A stretch of 62,942 nt of DNA, filler included, from Conidiobolus incongruus B7586 (taxonomy: Eukaryota): NCBI GenBank assembly GCA_000697335.1. It is 16 parts of 16 records of this genome, joined end to end, with 100 filler letters (N's around TTAATTAATTAA, not from the genome) between each part and the next. Parts side by side here need not be neighbours in the genome. Positions count along the whole stretch, not along the records: positions 38,317 to 42,862 come from JNEM01007085.1; positions 42,963 to 49,458 come from JNEM01007086.1; positions 49,559 to 50,835 come from JNEM01007087.1; positions 50,936 to 52,319 come from JNEM01007088.1; positions 52,420 to 54,180 come from JNEM01007089.1; positions 54,281 to 56,605 come from JNEM01007090.1; 10 more parts are not named here. The stretch is one strand, 5' to 3'. Within the stretch, counting starts at the first letter, position 1; each line of letters starts with the position of its first letter. This document shows, piece by piece, positions 42,412-55,676 of this stretch. The notes under the pieces are model-generated. The model saw nothing but the letters and a program-made list of their open reading frames with translations, ran no database searches and was not told the origin of the DNA. The position numbers and the translations under genes are program-made.

Positions 42412-42761
42412 TGTCACGAGTCAGGTGACTCTCCTCCCACGTAATATGCTTACTTCAACTGAATATAAGGGTCATTCCCCCCCTCATGTGACCAACCACT
42501 TCAACCCTATCCTTTAATCAGCTAATGATACAACCCTCCAGAAAACTCCAGAAACCTACTACTCTATGCACTATATATAGAACCCAGAAACAGAGCTATA
42601 CTAGAAGAGAAGGAGTTCGATCTGGGTCCTCCCAGCTATTTGGCTTAAACCAATAAACCCCCTATCTCCCTAACCTTTACCTGGAATTCCCTAGATCTCT
42701 CCCTTTTGCTTATACTATTCCGGACACGGCTTTCCCAAGACGTGTTAATTTGGTGGAGAAT
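42412..42761 (+). mobile_element. 5' LTR (~336 bp) plus tRNA-Ala primer binding site of an LTR retrotransposon; internal region lost in a gap
   Basis: Starts TGTCACG and ends CGTGTTA at 42747 (imperfect inverted termini). Contains TATA-like CTATATATAG 42571-42580 and AATAAA 42652-42657. TGGTGGAGAAT at 42751-42761 is complementary to eukaryotic tRNA-Ala 3' ends (ATTCTCCACCA). Confidence 0.78.
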
Positions 42762-42962
42762 CTATACCCCCATCCCCCGTTCGCCGAAGATCACGCCGTT
42801 CAAATATTAATCAATAAGAGCATAATTCCAAAAAATATATATTCGTTAAGAAGATATCAATANNNNNNNNNNNNNNNNNNNNNNNNNNNNNNNNNNNNNN
42901 NNNNNNTTAATTAATTAANNNNNNNNNNNNNNNNNNNNNNNNNNNNNNNNNNNNNNNNNNNN

Positions 42963-44232
42963 AAAAAAAATTAAAAATTAGTATATCTATCTTTAATTTT
43001 TTATTGTTAAGTTTATAAGATATAAAATCAATTAAATTCTAATATTAAAAAGGATTTATCTTGTTTTATACCTCTTTAATATATTTTTAATGCTAATTTA
43101 AACCTTTTTTTAATTAATCTTAATAATTTTTAACTAATTAAAAATTAAAAAATTAAAAAACACCATTTTATAAATATTGTTTTGTTATTTTTAAGCTATT
43201 TGGTATTATAAGCAATAATATAACTAAAGGTATTAAATTGCTAATAAATAATATTAAATTTGTTTAACATATATTATTTCATAGTTAATTTAATTCATTA
43301 TTTAGAATACTTTGATATATTTTAATATTAATTACCTTATTAATTTTATAAAGATATTTTATACCAAAATTTAATATATAACTATAAAAAATAATTAACT
43401 TATTATTATATTATTGGGTAAAATAAATATAATAATTTTATAATAATTTTACATCTTTTCTATAGCATTGTAATTTTTAATTATAATTAATAAAATATAT
43501 TTTTATTTTATTGAATTAAATAGCTTTATTTTTATTAATTATTATTGATTATTGGTAAATATATTTGTAATTTAATTTTATAATTAGATTTTTTTAACTA
43601 AATGTGTTTTTTCTTAAGATATAAATAATATCTATATTAATATAAAGCATATATAATAATGTTTATATTAACTAATAATTTTATATATATTTATAATTCT
43701 GGTTATATTTCCATTATAATAATATAATTGCTTATATTAAATAAACTATAATTATACTTTTTATTTTATTTATATTTATTCTTAACTCACTTAAGTTTAA
43801 ATTTAAGTATATCTTTATTATTATTCTTGATAGTTTTAGATATAATAAACTAGCTAATTGTATTAATTTTAATAATATCATCAATTGATATAATGTATTT
43901 ATAAAGTTAATTATTATATAAATAAATTTTTTAGACAAAAGTTTTAATACAATAATATTAATAAAAAGGATTTAGTATTTTTGTAAAAATTTATAAAAAA
44001 TAAAAACAAAAACAGAAATAAAATATAGTAATATATTATTAATTATATCCTCTTATCTTGAAAACATATAAATTTATAACTTATTTTAAATAAAAATTAA
44101 GGGATAATATTTTTGCTATTAGTTTATTAAATATATCTAAACATATTAATTTATTATTAAATGATATATTGTAATTATATATTATAATTTCAAGTAATCT
44201 AATATATATAATTGTTTAAGTTATTAATTATA
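42963..44232 (-). mobile_element. Very degenerate Tc1-like copy
   Basis: Collinear with 16410-17710 and nearly devoid of C and G. Starts at a gap. Confidence 0.7.
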
Positions 44233-44385
44233 TTTTATATATAATAACTTGTAAAAATAAGTTATAAAATCAAAAATATATATATTTTAATTAATAACTG
44301 AAACCATTGTATATATTAAATTACTTGAAATTATAATATATAATTTCAATATATAATTTAATATTAATAAATATATTTAGTTATA

Positions 44386-45956
44386 CAATAACCTGCAAAA
44401 GTGAGTTATAAAATCAAAAACACCTATATTTTTACTAATAACTTGATTAATATTTAATGAAATAAACTTAAATTAAATAATTAAAATCTATTATATTTAT
44501 TAGTTATATATATCATTAAATGATGATATTTAGCTATTAAATGGTTAAAATATAAACCCTCAAATTTTACCTAAGGTAAGTTATAAATTTGCAGGTTTTT
44601 GGTAATAAAAAAAATTAAAACCTAATATATTTACCTTTAGCTTTTCTAACTTTTTTAAGTTTGTGGGGTATAGAATCAACTAACTTCTTACACTAAGAAG
44701 GGTTAATCTTGTTTTATACTTCTTGAACATATTCCTAAAGTTGATCTAAATTTTTTTTGGGGGAAAGCTTTAATAGCTTTTTTTAACTAATCCCAAAAGT
44801 GTTCAATTAGATTAAAGTTAGGAAATTGAAGAAGCTATTTTATAACTGTTATCTTGTTATTTTTAAGCTATTTGGTAATAAAAGCTATAGTATAACAAAA
44901 GGTATTATCTTACTAGAAAATAACATCAGATTTGTTTAACCTATATTATTCAATGGTTTTTTTCAATTTATTGTTTAGAATACTTTGGTACATCTCAGCA
45001 TTAATTCCCCTATTAACTTTATAAAGATACCCTACACCTAAAGACAACATATATCCCTAAACAATAATTAACCCATTACTATACTTTTGGGTAGAATTAA
45101 CATGATGGTTATAAAGTAATTCTGCATCTTTTCTGAAGTATCTAGCTTTTTTATTAGATCCACTAAAGTATATTTTTGTTTCATTAGATTAAATAACCTT
45201 ACTCTAATCAGTTTCAGTTTAACATTAGTGGTGACATTTAAACTCCTACCTAGTTTTACAGTGGGATTTTTTTAGTTGGGGGTGTTTTTTCTTGAGGTGT
45301 GAGTGGTATCTATGCTAACATAAAACATGTATAATAGTATTAGTGCTAACTAATAATTTTGTATAGTTTTGTAGTTTCTGTTGTATTTCTATAATAGTAC
45401 TACATTTGCTTATACTAACCAACCTATAGATATACTTCTTATTATATTCAACTATAATCTTAACATGCTTAAGTTTAAGTTTAAATGTTTCTTTATTGTT
45501 ATTCTTAACAACCTTAACTACAGTAAACTAACTAACACTAGTAATTCTAGCAATATCACAAGTTGATTTACCTTCTTTATAAAGTTGATTAATGTACAAG
45601 TAGATTTTTTTAAAGAGGGATTTAGGTATAATAATACTAATAAAAAAAATTTAGTATATCTGTAAAATAATATATAAAATAATAACAAAGAGAGAAAAAA
45701 AGATATGGTTATATATTGTTAAATATATCCTTTTATTTCAAAAACCTACAAATTTATAACTCACCTTGGTTAATTATTAAGGGTTAATATTTTTGCTAAT
45801 AGTTTACTGAATATATTTAAATATATTTATCTATTATTAAATAATATACTTTAATTATATATTATAGTTTCAAGTAATCTAATATATATAATTGTTTTAG
45901 TTATTAATTAAATTATATATATTTTTGATTTTATAACTTACTTTTGTAGGTTAGTG
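44386..45956 (-). mobile_element. Tc1-like A1 full-length copy, relatively lightly mutated, nested
   Basis: TA|CAATAACCTGCAAAAGTGAG...TTTTGTAGGTTAGTG|TA, 1571 bp. Retains NAEMYQS and IEHFWD. Confidence 0.92.
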
Positions 45957-46954
45957 TATTTAATAAACTATTAGCAAAAATATTAACCTTTAATATTTAC
46001 CTAAGTTATAAATTATTAAGTTTTTAAAATAAAGGGATATCTTTAATAATATATAACCATATTTTTTTTCTCTCTTTGTTATTATTTTATATAATATTTT
46101 ATAGATATACTAAATTTTACTTATTAGTACTATTATACTTAAATCCTACTTTAAAATAATTTCTTTATATATTAATTAACTTCATAAAAAAGATAAATCA
46201 ACTTATAATATTATTAGAATTACTAGTGTTAGATAGTTTACTATAGTTAAAGTTATTAAGAATAACAATAAAAAAACATTTACACTTAAACTTAAGTATA
46301 ATAAAATTATAGATGAATATAATAAGAAGTATATTTATAGGTTAATTAGTATAAGTAAAAATAATATTACTGTAGAAATATAACAAAAGTTATAAAACTA
46401 TATAAGAATATTATTTAGCATTAATACTATTATACATACTTTATATTAGAATAGATACCATTTATACTATAAGAAAAAACACCCCCAATTAAAGAAATCC
46501 TATTATAAAGTTAGGTGTGAGTTTAAATATCATTATTAATATTAAACTAAAATAAATTAGAGTAAGTTTATTTAGTTTAATAAAACAAAAATATATTTTA
46601 GTGGATTTAATAATAAAGTTAGATATTTTATAAAAGATACAAAATTACTTTATAACTATTATGTTAATTTTACCTAAAAATACAATAGTAGGTTAATTAT
46701 TATTTGGGGATATATATTGTCTTTAGATATAAAGTATCTTTGTAAAGTTAATAGGGGAATTAATACTAAGATATATTAAAGTATTTTAAACAATAAATTG
46801 AAAAAAACCATTGAATAATATAGGTTAAACAAATCTAATGTTATTTTCTAATAAGATAATGCTTTTTGTTATACTATAGCTTCTACTATCAAATAGCTAA
46901 AAAATAACAATCTCATAGTTAAAAAGTAGTTTCTTTAATCTTTTAACTTTAATA

Positions 46955-48264
46955 TTACTCTGTATTTTTAATAATAGGAATTTTTAGCAATTAAAAATAA
47001 ATAAACATTTAAATATATAATATACAAAAATAAATATATAATATAAATTTAATAGTTTCTTTTATTATTAATAACTTTTTGCTATACTTTTAAAAAACTT
47101 TTAACACTTAAAAAACAATTTGTTTTATTAAAGACTAAATTTTAATGTTTTATAAACCAATTAAATTTTCCTGTAGAAATTTTCTTTCTTGTAAGCTAGT
47201 TTTTTAATTGCCTAAAGTAATTATAATCAAATAAGCTATAATCAAGGGAATATACTAGATATGGTAGTTTTTTCAAGTTATTTTTAATTAGAATGTTTAT
47301 TACAGCTTTAGATTTATGTATTGTATAGTTATCATGTAAAATAATAAGTCTTCTCAAATTATATTAAGAACACTAATTAGAAATACTTTTATTTAAAAAA
47401 GCAATATATAGTTTACTATTAATTGATTTTCCTTCAGGAATTAAATAAGAATAGCATATATCATTATAGTCTATTATAATAATTAACATTTGCTTATTAA
47501 CAAAATGTTTATTTAAAAGGATTTGTAGAGGGGGTTGATTTAACTTAATCTAGCATTTTGATTTGTGTTTTAGTAAATAATTATACATAAAGATCCAGGA
47601 TTCATCAATTGTAATCATTCACTGTAAAAGTTTAAACTTCTAGTAATATTTCAATAGGTTTTGTTTAACAATAGCTACTCTAGCTTTTTATTAAGCTTTA
47701 GTTAAATTATAAGGTACCTATTTTATATTTTTATTTATTAATTTTAGATTAAACTTTAAAATATATAAAATACTTGTAAAACTAATATTAAAGTACTTAG
47801 ATATTTCTTTAGCTGAAATAAAAAGGTGCTTTTCAATATATTTTTTCACTCTATTTACCATTGAAAAAATAACAGTTTAAGTTAGTCTTCTAGATTTTAG
47901 CAGGTTTTGAATAGTTTCTCCCTTAGCCTTAAAGTAATTTACCCAGCAATAAATTGTTAATTTAGATAATACTTTATTACCAAAAGCTGCTTGTAAATTA
48001 TAAATAATTTTAAAGGGTTTATGGTTAAGTTTTACTGATACTAAAATAAAAAACTTTTGATGATTACTATTTATTTTAAGCATGATTAAATTAAACAACC
48101 AATTTTAAAAAATTAATTTTTTAATCAAAAAAACTAATATATATATATATATTAAAAATATATAATTTCCTATTAACTTTCTATATATTTATTTATTTTA
48201 AATTAATAATATGTTTGAAAAATTAGAAATTAAAAAATTTCCTATTTTTTTAAATTTAAGGTAC
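46955..48264 (-). mobile_element. Mariner B2 full-length copy nested in Tc1
   Basis: TA|TTACTCTGTATTTTTAATAATAGGAA...TTCCTATTTTTTTAAATTTAAGGTAC|TA. Retains TIDESWI near 47600. ORF 47877-48098 is its N-terminal HTH region. Confidence 0.9.
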
Positions 48265-48683
48265 TATAATTAAATATCTTTAGGATTAATTAAAAAAAGC
48301 TATTAAAGTTTACCCCTTAACAAAAGATTTAAATCAATTTTAAGAATATATTTAAGAAGTATAGAATCAGATTAACTTTACTTAATATTAAAAGTTAGTT
48401 GATTTTATACCCCACAAACTTAAAAAGTTAAAAAAATTAAAGGTAGATATACTAAATTTTAATTTTTTATTATTATCAAAATCTTATAACTTTATAACTT
48501 AGGTAAAATTTAAAGCTTTATATTTTAACCAATTAATAGCTAAATATTATTATTTAATGATATATATAATTAAAAAAAATAATAGATTTTATTTATTTAA
48601 TTTAGCTATATTTTATTAAATATTAATCAAGTTATTAGTAAAAATATAAGTGTTTTTGATTTTATAACTCATTTTTGTAAGTA

Positions 48684-49458
48684 TTACTCTGTATTTTAAA
48701 TAATAGGAATTTTTTGCAATTAAAAATAAATAAACATTTAAATATATAATATATAAAAATAAATATATAATATAAATTTAATAGTTTCTTTTATTACTAA
48801 TAACTTTTTGCTATACTTTTAGAAAACTTCTAACACTTAAAAAACAATTCTTTTTATTAAAGACTGAAATTTAATGTTTTATAAACCAATTAAATTTTCT
48901 TGTAGAAATTTTCTTTCTTGTAAGCTGGTTTTTTAATTGCCTAAAGCAATTATAATCACATAAGTTATAATCAAAGGAATATACTAGATATAGTAGTTTT
49001 TGCTAGTTATTTTTAATTAGAATGTTTATTACAGCTTTAGATTTATGTATTTTGCAATTATCATGTAAAATAATAGGTCTTTTTAAATTATATTGAGAAC
49101 ACCAATTAGAAATACTTTTATTTAAAAAAGCAATATATAGTTTACTATTAATTGATTTTCCTTCAGGAACTAAATAAGAATAGCATATAACATTATAATC
49201 TATTACAATAATTAACATTTGCTTATTAACAAAATGTTTATTTAAAGGGATTTGTGGAGGGGGTTGATTTAGCTTAATCTAGCATCTTGATTTGTGTTTT
49301 AGTAAAGGATTATACATAGGGATTTAAGATTCATTAATTGTAATTATTCACTGTAAAAGTTTAAGCTTCTAGTAATATTTCAATAGGTTTTGTTTAACAA
49401 TAGCTACTCTAGCTTTTTATTAAGCTTTAGTTAAATTATAAGGTACCTATTTTATATT
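48684..49458 (-). mobile_element. Mariner B2 3' part, truncated by gap, at the end of a Tc1 TIR
   Basis: ORF 49003-49218 (LVPEGKSINSKLY...IILHDNCKIHKSK) is the mariner catalytic domain. Confidence 0.88.
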
Positions 49459-49558
49459 NNNNNNNNNNNNNNNNNNNNNNNNNNNNNNNNNNNNNNNNNN
49501 NNTTAATTAATTAANNNNNNNNNNNNNNNNNNNNNNNNNNNNNNNNNNNNNNNNNNNN

Positions 49559-50835
49559 ATAAACACTTAAATTTTACTTAAGGTAAGTTATAAATTTATA
49601 GGTTTTTGGTGATAAAAAAAATTAAAACTTAGTATATCTACCTTTAACTTTTCTATCTTCTTTAAGTTTATAGGGTATAAAATCAATTAACTTCTTATAT
49701 TAAAAAGGGTTAATCTTATTCTATATTTCTTTAATATATTCCTAAAGTTGATTTAAATTTTTTGCTAAGGGGAAAACTTTAATAGCTTTTTTTAACTAAT
49801 CCTAAAGGTATTTAATTAAGTTAAAGTTATAAAATTAAAAAAGCTACTTTATAACTATTATTTTGTTATTTTTAAGTTATTTAATAGTTGAAGCTATAAT
49901 ATAACAAGAAGTATTATCTTATTAAAAAATAACATTAGATTTATTTAACTTATATTAATCAATAGTTTTTTTCAATTTATTATTTAGAATACTTTAATAT
50001 ATTTTAATATTAATTCCCCTATTAACTTTATAAAGATACTCTACACCTAAAGACAATATACATCCCTAAATAATAATTAACCTATCATTATACTTTTGGG
50101 TAAAATTAACATAATGTTATAAAATAGTTCTGTATTTTTTCTAAAGCATTTAGTTTTTTTATCAAATCTATTAAATTATATTTTTGTTTTATTAAATAAA
50201 ATAACCTTACTCTAATTAGTTTTAATTTAATATTAGTGGTAATATTTAAACTTTTACCTAGTTTTATAATAGGATTTTTTTAGTTAAGGGTATTTTTTCT
50301 TAAAATATAAATAGTATCAATGCTAACATAAAATATATATAATAATATTAGTGCTAACTAATATTCTTGTATAGTTTTATAGTTCCTGTTGTATTTCTAC
50401 AATAATATTATACTTGCTTGTATTAACTAACCTATAGATATACTTCTCATTATATTCATTTATAATTTTAACACATTTAAGTATAAGTTTAAATGTGTTT
50501 TTATTGTTATTCTTAATAACTTTAACTATAGTAAATTAACTAACACTAGTAATTCTAACAATATCACAAGTTGATTTACCTTTTTTATAAAGTTGATTAA
50601 TATACAAGTGGATTTTTTTAGAGAGGGATTTAAGTATAATGATACTAATAAAAAAAATCTAATATATCAATAAAATATTATATAAAATAATAACAAAGAG
50701 AGAAAAAAAATATAGTTATATATTGTTAAATAAATCCCTTTATCTTAAAAACCTATAAATTTATAACTCACCTTAGTTAAATATTAAAGGTTAATATTTT
50801 TATTAATAATTTACTAAATATATTTAAATATATTT
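49559..50835 (-). mobile_element. Tc1-like A1 copy between gaps
   Basis: Collinear with 16350-17630. Confidence 0.85.
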
Positions 50836-50935
50836 NNNNNNNNNNNNNNNNNNNNNNNNNNNNNNNNNNNNNNNNNNNNTTAATTAATTAANNNNNNNNN
50901 NNNNNNNNNNNNNNNNNNNNNNNNNNNNNNNNNNN

Positions 50936-52319
50936 TATTATGAAAAATATTAACCTTTAATATTTAACTAAGATAAGTTATAAATTTATAGGTTTTTGAG
51001 TTAAAGGGATATATTTAGTAATATATAACTATATCTTTTTTCTTTTTTTACTATTATTTTATATAATATTATATAAATATATTAAATTTTATTATTAATA
51101 TTATTATATCTAAATCCCTTTTTAAAAAATTTATTTATATATTAATCAACTTTATAAAGAAGGTAAATCAATTTATAATATTTCTAGAATTACTAGTGTT
51201 AGCAAGTTTATTATAGCTAAAGCTATTAAAAATAGCAATAAAAACATATTTAAACTTAAAATTAAGTGTGATAAAATTATAAATGATTATAATGAGAAGT
51301 ATATTTATAAATTGGTTAATATAAGCAAATGTGATACTATTGTAGAAATATAACAAGAATTATAAAACTATATAAGAATATTAGTTAATATTAACATTAT
51401 TATATATACTTTATATTAATATATATATTATTTATATTTTAAGAAAAAACATCTTAAATTAAAAAAATCCCTTTATAAAGTAAAATGAGAGTTTAAATGT
51501 TATTATTAATTTCAAACTAAAATTATTTAAAGTAAAGTTATATAGTTTGATAAAACATAAATATATTTTAGTAGATTTGATAGAAAAGCTAGATATTTTA
51601 AAAAAGATTCAAAATTATTTTATAACCATCATGTTAATTTTACCTAAAAATACAATAGTAGGTTAATTATTATTTAGGGATATATATTGTTTTTAGATGT
51701 GGGATATCTTTATAAAGTTAATAATGGAATTAATACTAAAATATTCTAGAGTAATTTAAATAATAAAATGAAAAAAAATATTGAATAGTATAAGTTAAAC
51801 AAATTTAATATTATTTTTTAATAAAATAATATTATTTATTATATTATAGCTTTTATTACTAAATAGTTTAAAAATAACAAGATAATAGTTATAAAGTAGC
51901 TTTTTTAATCTTTTAACTTTAACCTAATTGAATATCTTAAGGATGAGTTAAAAAAAGCTATTAAAGTTTTTTCTTTAGTAAAAAATTTAAATTAACTTTG
52001 GGAATATATTAAAAAAGCATAAAACAAGATTAACCTTTTTTAATATAAAAAGTTAATTGATTCTATACCCTATAAGCTTAAAGAAGTTAAAAAAAATAAA
52101 TATAGATATATTAAGTTTTAATTCTTTTTATCACTAAAAACCTATAAATTTGTAACTTACTTAAAATTTAAAGATTGATATTTTTACTAATAATAACTAA
52201 ATATTATCATTTATTATTTTATATTATTAATAAATATAATGGATTTTAATTATTTAATTTAAGTTTATTTTATTAAATATTAAATAAGTTACTAGTAAAA
52301 ATATTTGTGTTTTTGATTT
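50936..52319 (+). mobile_element. Tc1-like A1 copy between gaps
   Basis: Collinear with 35405-36805. Confidence 0.85.
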
Positions 52320-52419
52320 NNNNNNNNNNNNNNNNNNNNNNNNNNNNNNNNNNNNNNNNNNNNTTAATTAATTAANNNNNNNNNNNNNNNNNNNNNNNNN
52401 NNNNNNNNNNNNNNNNNNN

Positions 52420-54180
52420 TTATTGCTAAATAAATTACTTTAATTCTAAGATAAAAATTATCTAAAATTTATTAAAATTTAAAAAATTAACTTTAATTAT
52501 AATTTTTTTAATTATAATTATAATTAAAAATTATATCAAAAGACTTCTTATTATTTTAATTAAAAAATTATCAAAATATTTCAATATTAATTATATAAAA
52601 ATAATATACACTAGCTTGCAAAAGTGAGTCATAAAATTATGATTATATATATTATTATCAATAACTTTATTAATTCTTAATTAAATTAAGTTAAATTAAA
52701 ACATATAATAAATTTATATTATTTATTTATAATTAAGTATATTTGATCTAATTATATTAACTTTTAGTTGATATATTAAAATTTAAATTTTACCTAAGGT
52801 GAGTTATAAATTGATATATTTTAGTTATAGAAAGAAAATTAAAACTTAATATATTTACCTTTTGCTTTTTTAACTTCCTTAAGTTTAAAGGGTGTAAAGT
52901 CAACTAACTTCTTATATTAAGAAAAATTAATTTTGTTCTAAGTTTTTTAAATATATTTTTAAAGCTTATTTAAATTTTTTACTGGTGGGAAAACTTTAAT
53001 TGCTTTTTTTTAACTAATCCTAAAGGTGTTTAATTAGATTAAGGTTAAAAGATTAAAAAAGCCATTTTATAACTATTATTTTATTATTTTTAAACCATTT
53101 AGTAGTAGAAATAATAGTATAACAAAAAATATTATCTTGTTGGAAAATAACATCTGATTTATTTAACCTATACTATTTAATAATTTTTTTTAATTTATTA
53201 TTTAGAATATTTTAGTATATCTCAACATTAATTCCTTTATTAACTTTATAAATATATTTTACATTAGAAGATAACAAATATCTTTAAACTATAATTAACC
53301 TATCATTATATTTTTAGGTTGAAATAATATAATAGTTACAAAGTAATTCTTTGTCTTTTCTGAAATATCTAGCTTTTTTATTAAATCTACTAAAATATAT
53401 TTTTGTTTCATTAAATTAAATAACCTTTCTCTAATTAATTTTGGTTTAACTTTAGTAATAACATTTAAACTCCTATTTAACTTTATAATAAAACTTCTTT
53501 AGTTAAGGGTATTTTTTTTAAAGTATAAGTAGTATCTATTACAACATAAAATATATATATTTGATATATTAACCAATAATATATTAAATATAATTAAATA
53601 TAACCTATTATCATCAGGTAATATATTTTAATTATATATTTTAATTTAAATTAATTTAGTTAAGAATTGTTTAAGTTACAGGTAAATATATAAGTGATTT
53701 TTATTTTATGACTCACTTTTGTGAACTAGTGTATATTAAAGTTTAAATTTAAATTAATTAAAAAAATTATAAAATCTATTTATATATTAAATATCCTAAA
53801 GTTAAAAAAAATTAAAATAATTATTATTAATTAAAAACCTATTAAAATATAATTAAAAACTATGGTGTTTATAATATATTATAATAATTAATAAATCCTA
53901 ATTCTTTTATATAATAAATTATCAAAATATAAATCAAGATATAAATTAAGATATTGAATTAAATTAAATTAATCCCTTTATATATTTTTTATATAAATAT
54001 ATTATTTATAAATTAATTTTAATCATTATATTTAATTAATTCTTAAAAAATCAATTAATAATAAACTTTCATATTTTAAAATAAAACTAATTTAATCAAT
54101 AATTTTAATATAATATAAAAAATCCTATTATTATATATAATAATGATAAAATATAAAAAGTTAAAATTATAAAAAATTTT
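52420..54180 (+). mobile_element. Very degenerate mariner fragment interrupted by a Tc1 derivative
   Basis: 52420-52608 and 53732-54180 join collinearly with ~32330-33000. Confidence 0.55.
52609..53731 (-). mobile_element. Internally deleted Tc1-like element (variant subfamily), 1123 bp
   Basis: TA|CACTAGCTTGCAAAAGTGAGTCATAAAAT...ATTTTATGACTCACTTTTGTGAACTAGTG|TA. About 450 bp covering the transposase 5' part is missing near 53560. Confidence 0.82.
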
Positions 54181-54356
54181 NNNNNNNNNNNNNNNNNNNN
54201 NNNNNNNNNNNNNNNNNNNNNNNNTTAATTAATTAANNNNNNNNNNNNNNNNNNNNNNNNNNNNNNNNNNNNNNNNNNNNTAAAATTTTATTCAGTTTTA
54301 ATTTATATTAGATAAGTTTCTGTTGAGTATCAAAATAATAAGATTAGTAATTAATA

Positions 54357-55676
54357 TTAATATGGAAATTAAAAAATGGCAAATTTTTTAATTTCTGATC
54401 TTTCAGATATATTATATATCTTGAAAAATTATATATATATATAATATATAGGAAAATAAATATTTTCAAACTATATATATATATTTAATTTTAATTCTTT
54501 TTTTTATTAAAATATTTTGATTTTAAAATTTATACTTAAATTTAATCATGCTTAAACCAGATTGTGATTATCAAAAGGTTTTTATTTTTGTATCTTTAAA
54601 ACTTAACTATAAATCCTTTAAAATCATCCAAAACTTGCAAAAAGCTTATGGAGGTGATGCTTTATCTAAAACTACCATATATTGCTGTATTTGTGATTTT
54701 AAAGCTAGAAGGGACATTATTCAAAATTTACCAAAATCTAGAAGAGCAATTACTATTGTTACTTTTTCACTTACTAATAGAGTAAAAAAATATATTAAGA
54801 AATATCTTTTTATTTCTACTAAAGAATTATCAAAGCAATTTAATGTTAATTATATAAGCATGTTATATTTACTTAAGTTTTAACTTGGATTAATTAATAA
54901 AAATGCAAAATAAATACATTAATATTTAACAGAAACCTAAAAGAAAACTAGAATAGCTATAGCTAAACTAAACTTATTAAGGTATAACCAAAAACAAAGG
55001 TTTTTACAACAAATACTTACAATTGATGAATCTTAAATTCTTTTATATAATCCTTTACCTAAAAATAAAATAAGATGTTGGGTTAAGCTAAATCAATCCC
55101 CTCTACAAATTCCAATAAATAAGTACTTTAAATATAAGTGAATGTTAATTGCTGTAATAGATTATAATGGTATATAGTTTTCTTATTTAATATCTCAAGG
55201 AAAATCAATTAATAGTAAGTTATATATTACCTTTTTAAATAAAACAATTTCTAAATGGTGTCTTTAATATAAATTAAAGACATTTATTATTTTGCATGAT
55301 AATTGCAAAATACTTAAAGCTAAAGCTGTAAAAGATTTTTTATATATAAAAAATTAGAGGGAGTTACCACATCCAGTATATTCACCTGATTATAACCCAT
55401 GTGATTATAATTGTTTTGGATAATTAAAAAAACAGCTTGCAGGAAAAAAAATTCCTGCAAACAAATTAAATTGGTTTGTGAAATATCAAATTTCAGTCTT
55501 TAATAAAAAGAGCTATTTTTTAGGTATTAGAAGCTTACTAAAAGTATGGAAAAGAGTTATTAATAATAAAGGAGGCTATTAATTTTATATTATTTATTAA
55601 TTTTTATATATTATTTATTAAATTATTTGTTTAATTTTAATTTTAAAATTATACCATTACTTAATTTCTCCACTAA
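54357..55676 (+). mobile_element. Mariner subfamily B1, full length, best-preserved copy; transposase pseudogene 54548-55582 (345 codons)
   Basis: No net frameshift but several premature stops. Motifs TIDES*, ILHDNCK and HPVYSPDYNPCDYNCF place 34 residues between the 2nd and 3rd catalytic D (DD34D). Imperfect TIRs with TA flanks. Confidence 0.93.

Larger units (their letters stand above)
44241..48682 (+). mobile_element. Tc1-like copy split into 44241-44385, 45957-46954 and 48265-48682 by two nested insertions
   Basis: The three pieces join collinearly with the 35253-36830 copy across TA junctions. Confidence 0.8.

Noticed and set aside
1785..48098. Short I/L/F/K/N-rich ORFs (1785, 4164, 4553, 7771, 23188, 26340, 43732) and transposase fragments (47877, 49003, 54548)
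   Set aside because: Chance ORFs in AT-rich DNA or stop-bounded pieces of dead transposases, not independent genes.
54548..55582. Alternative genetic code (TAA/TAG read-through) to explain in-frame stops
   Set aside because: Stops differ between copies and map to both Trp and Gln codons by single transitions, and the host genes end normally at TAA and TGA.
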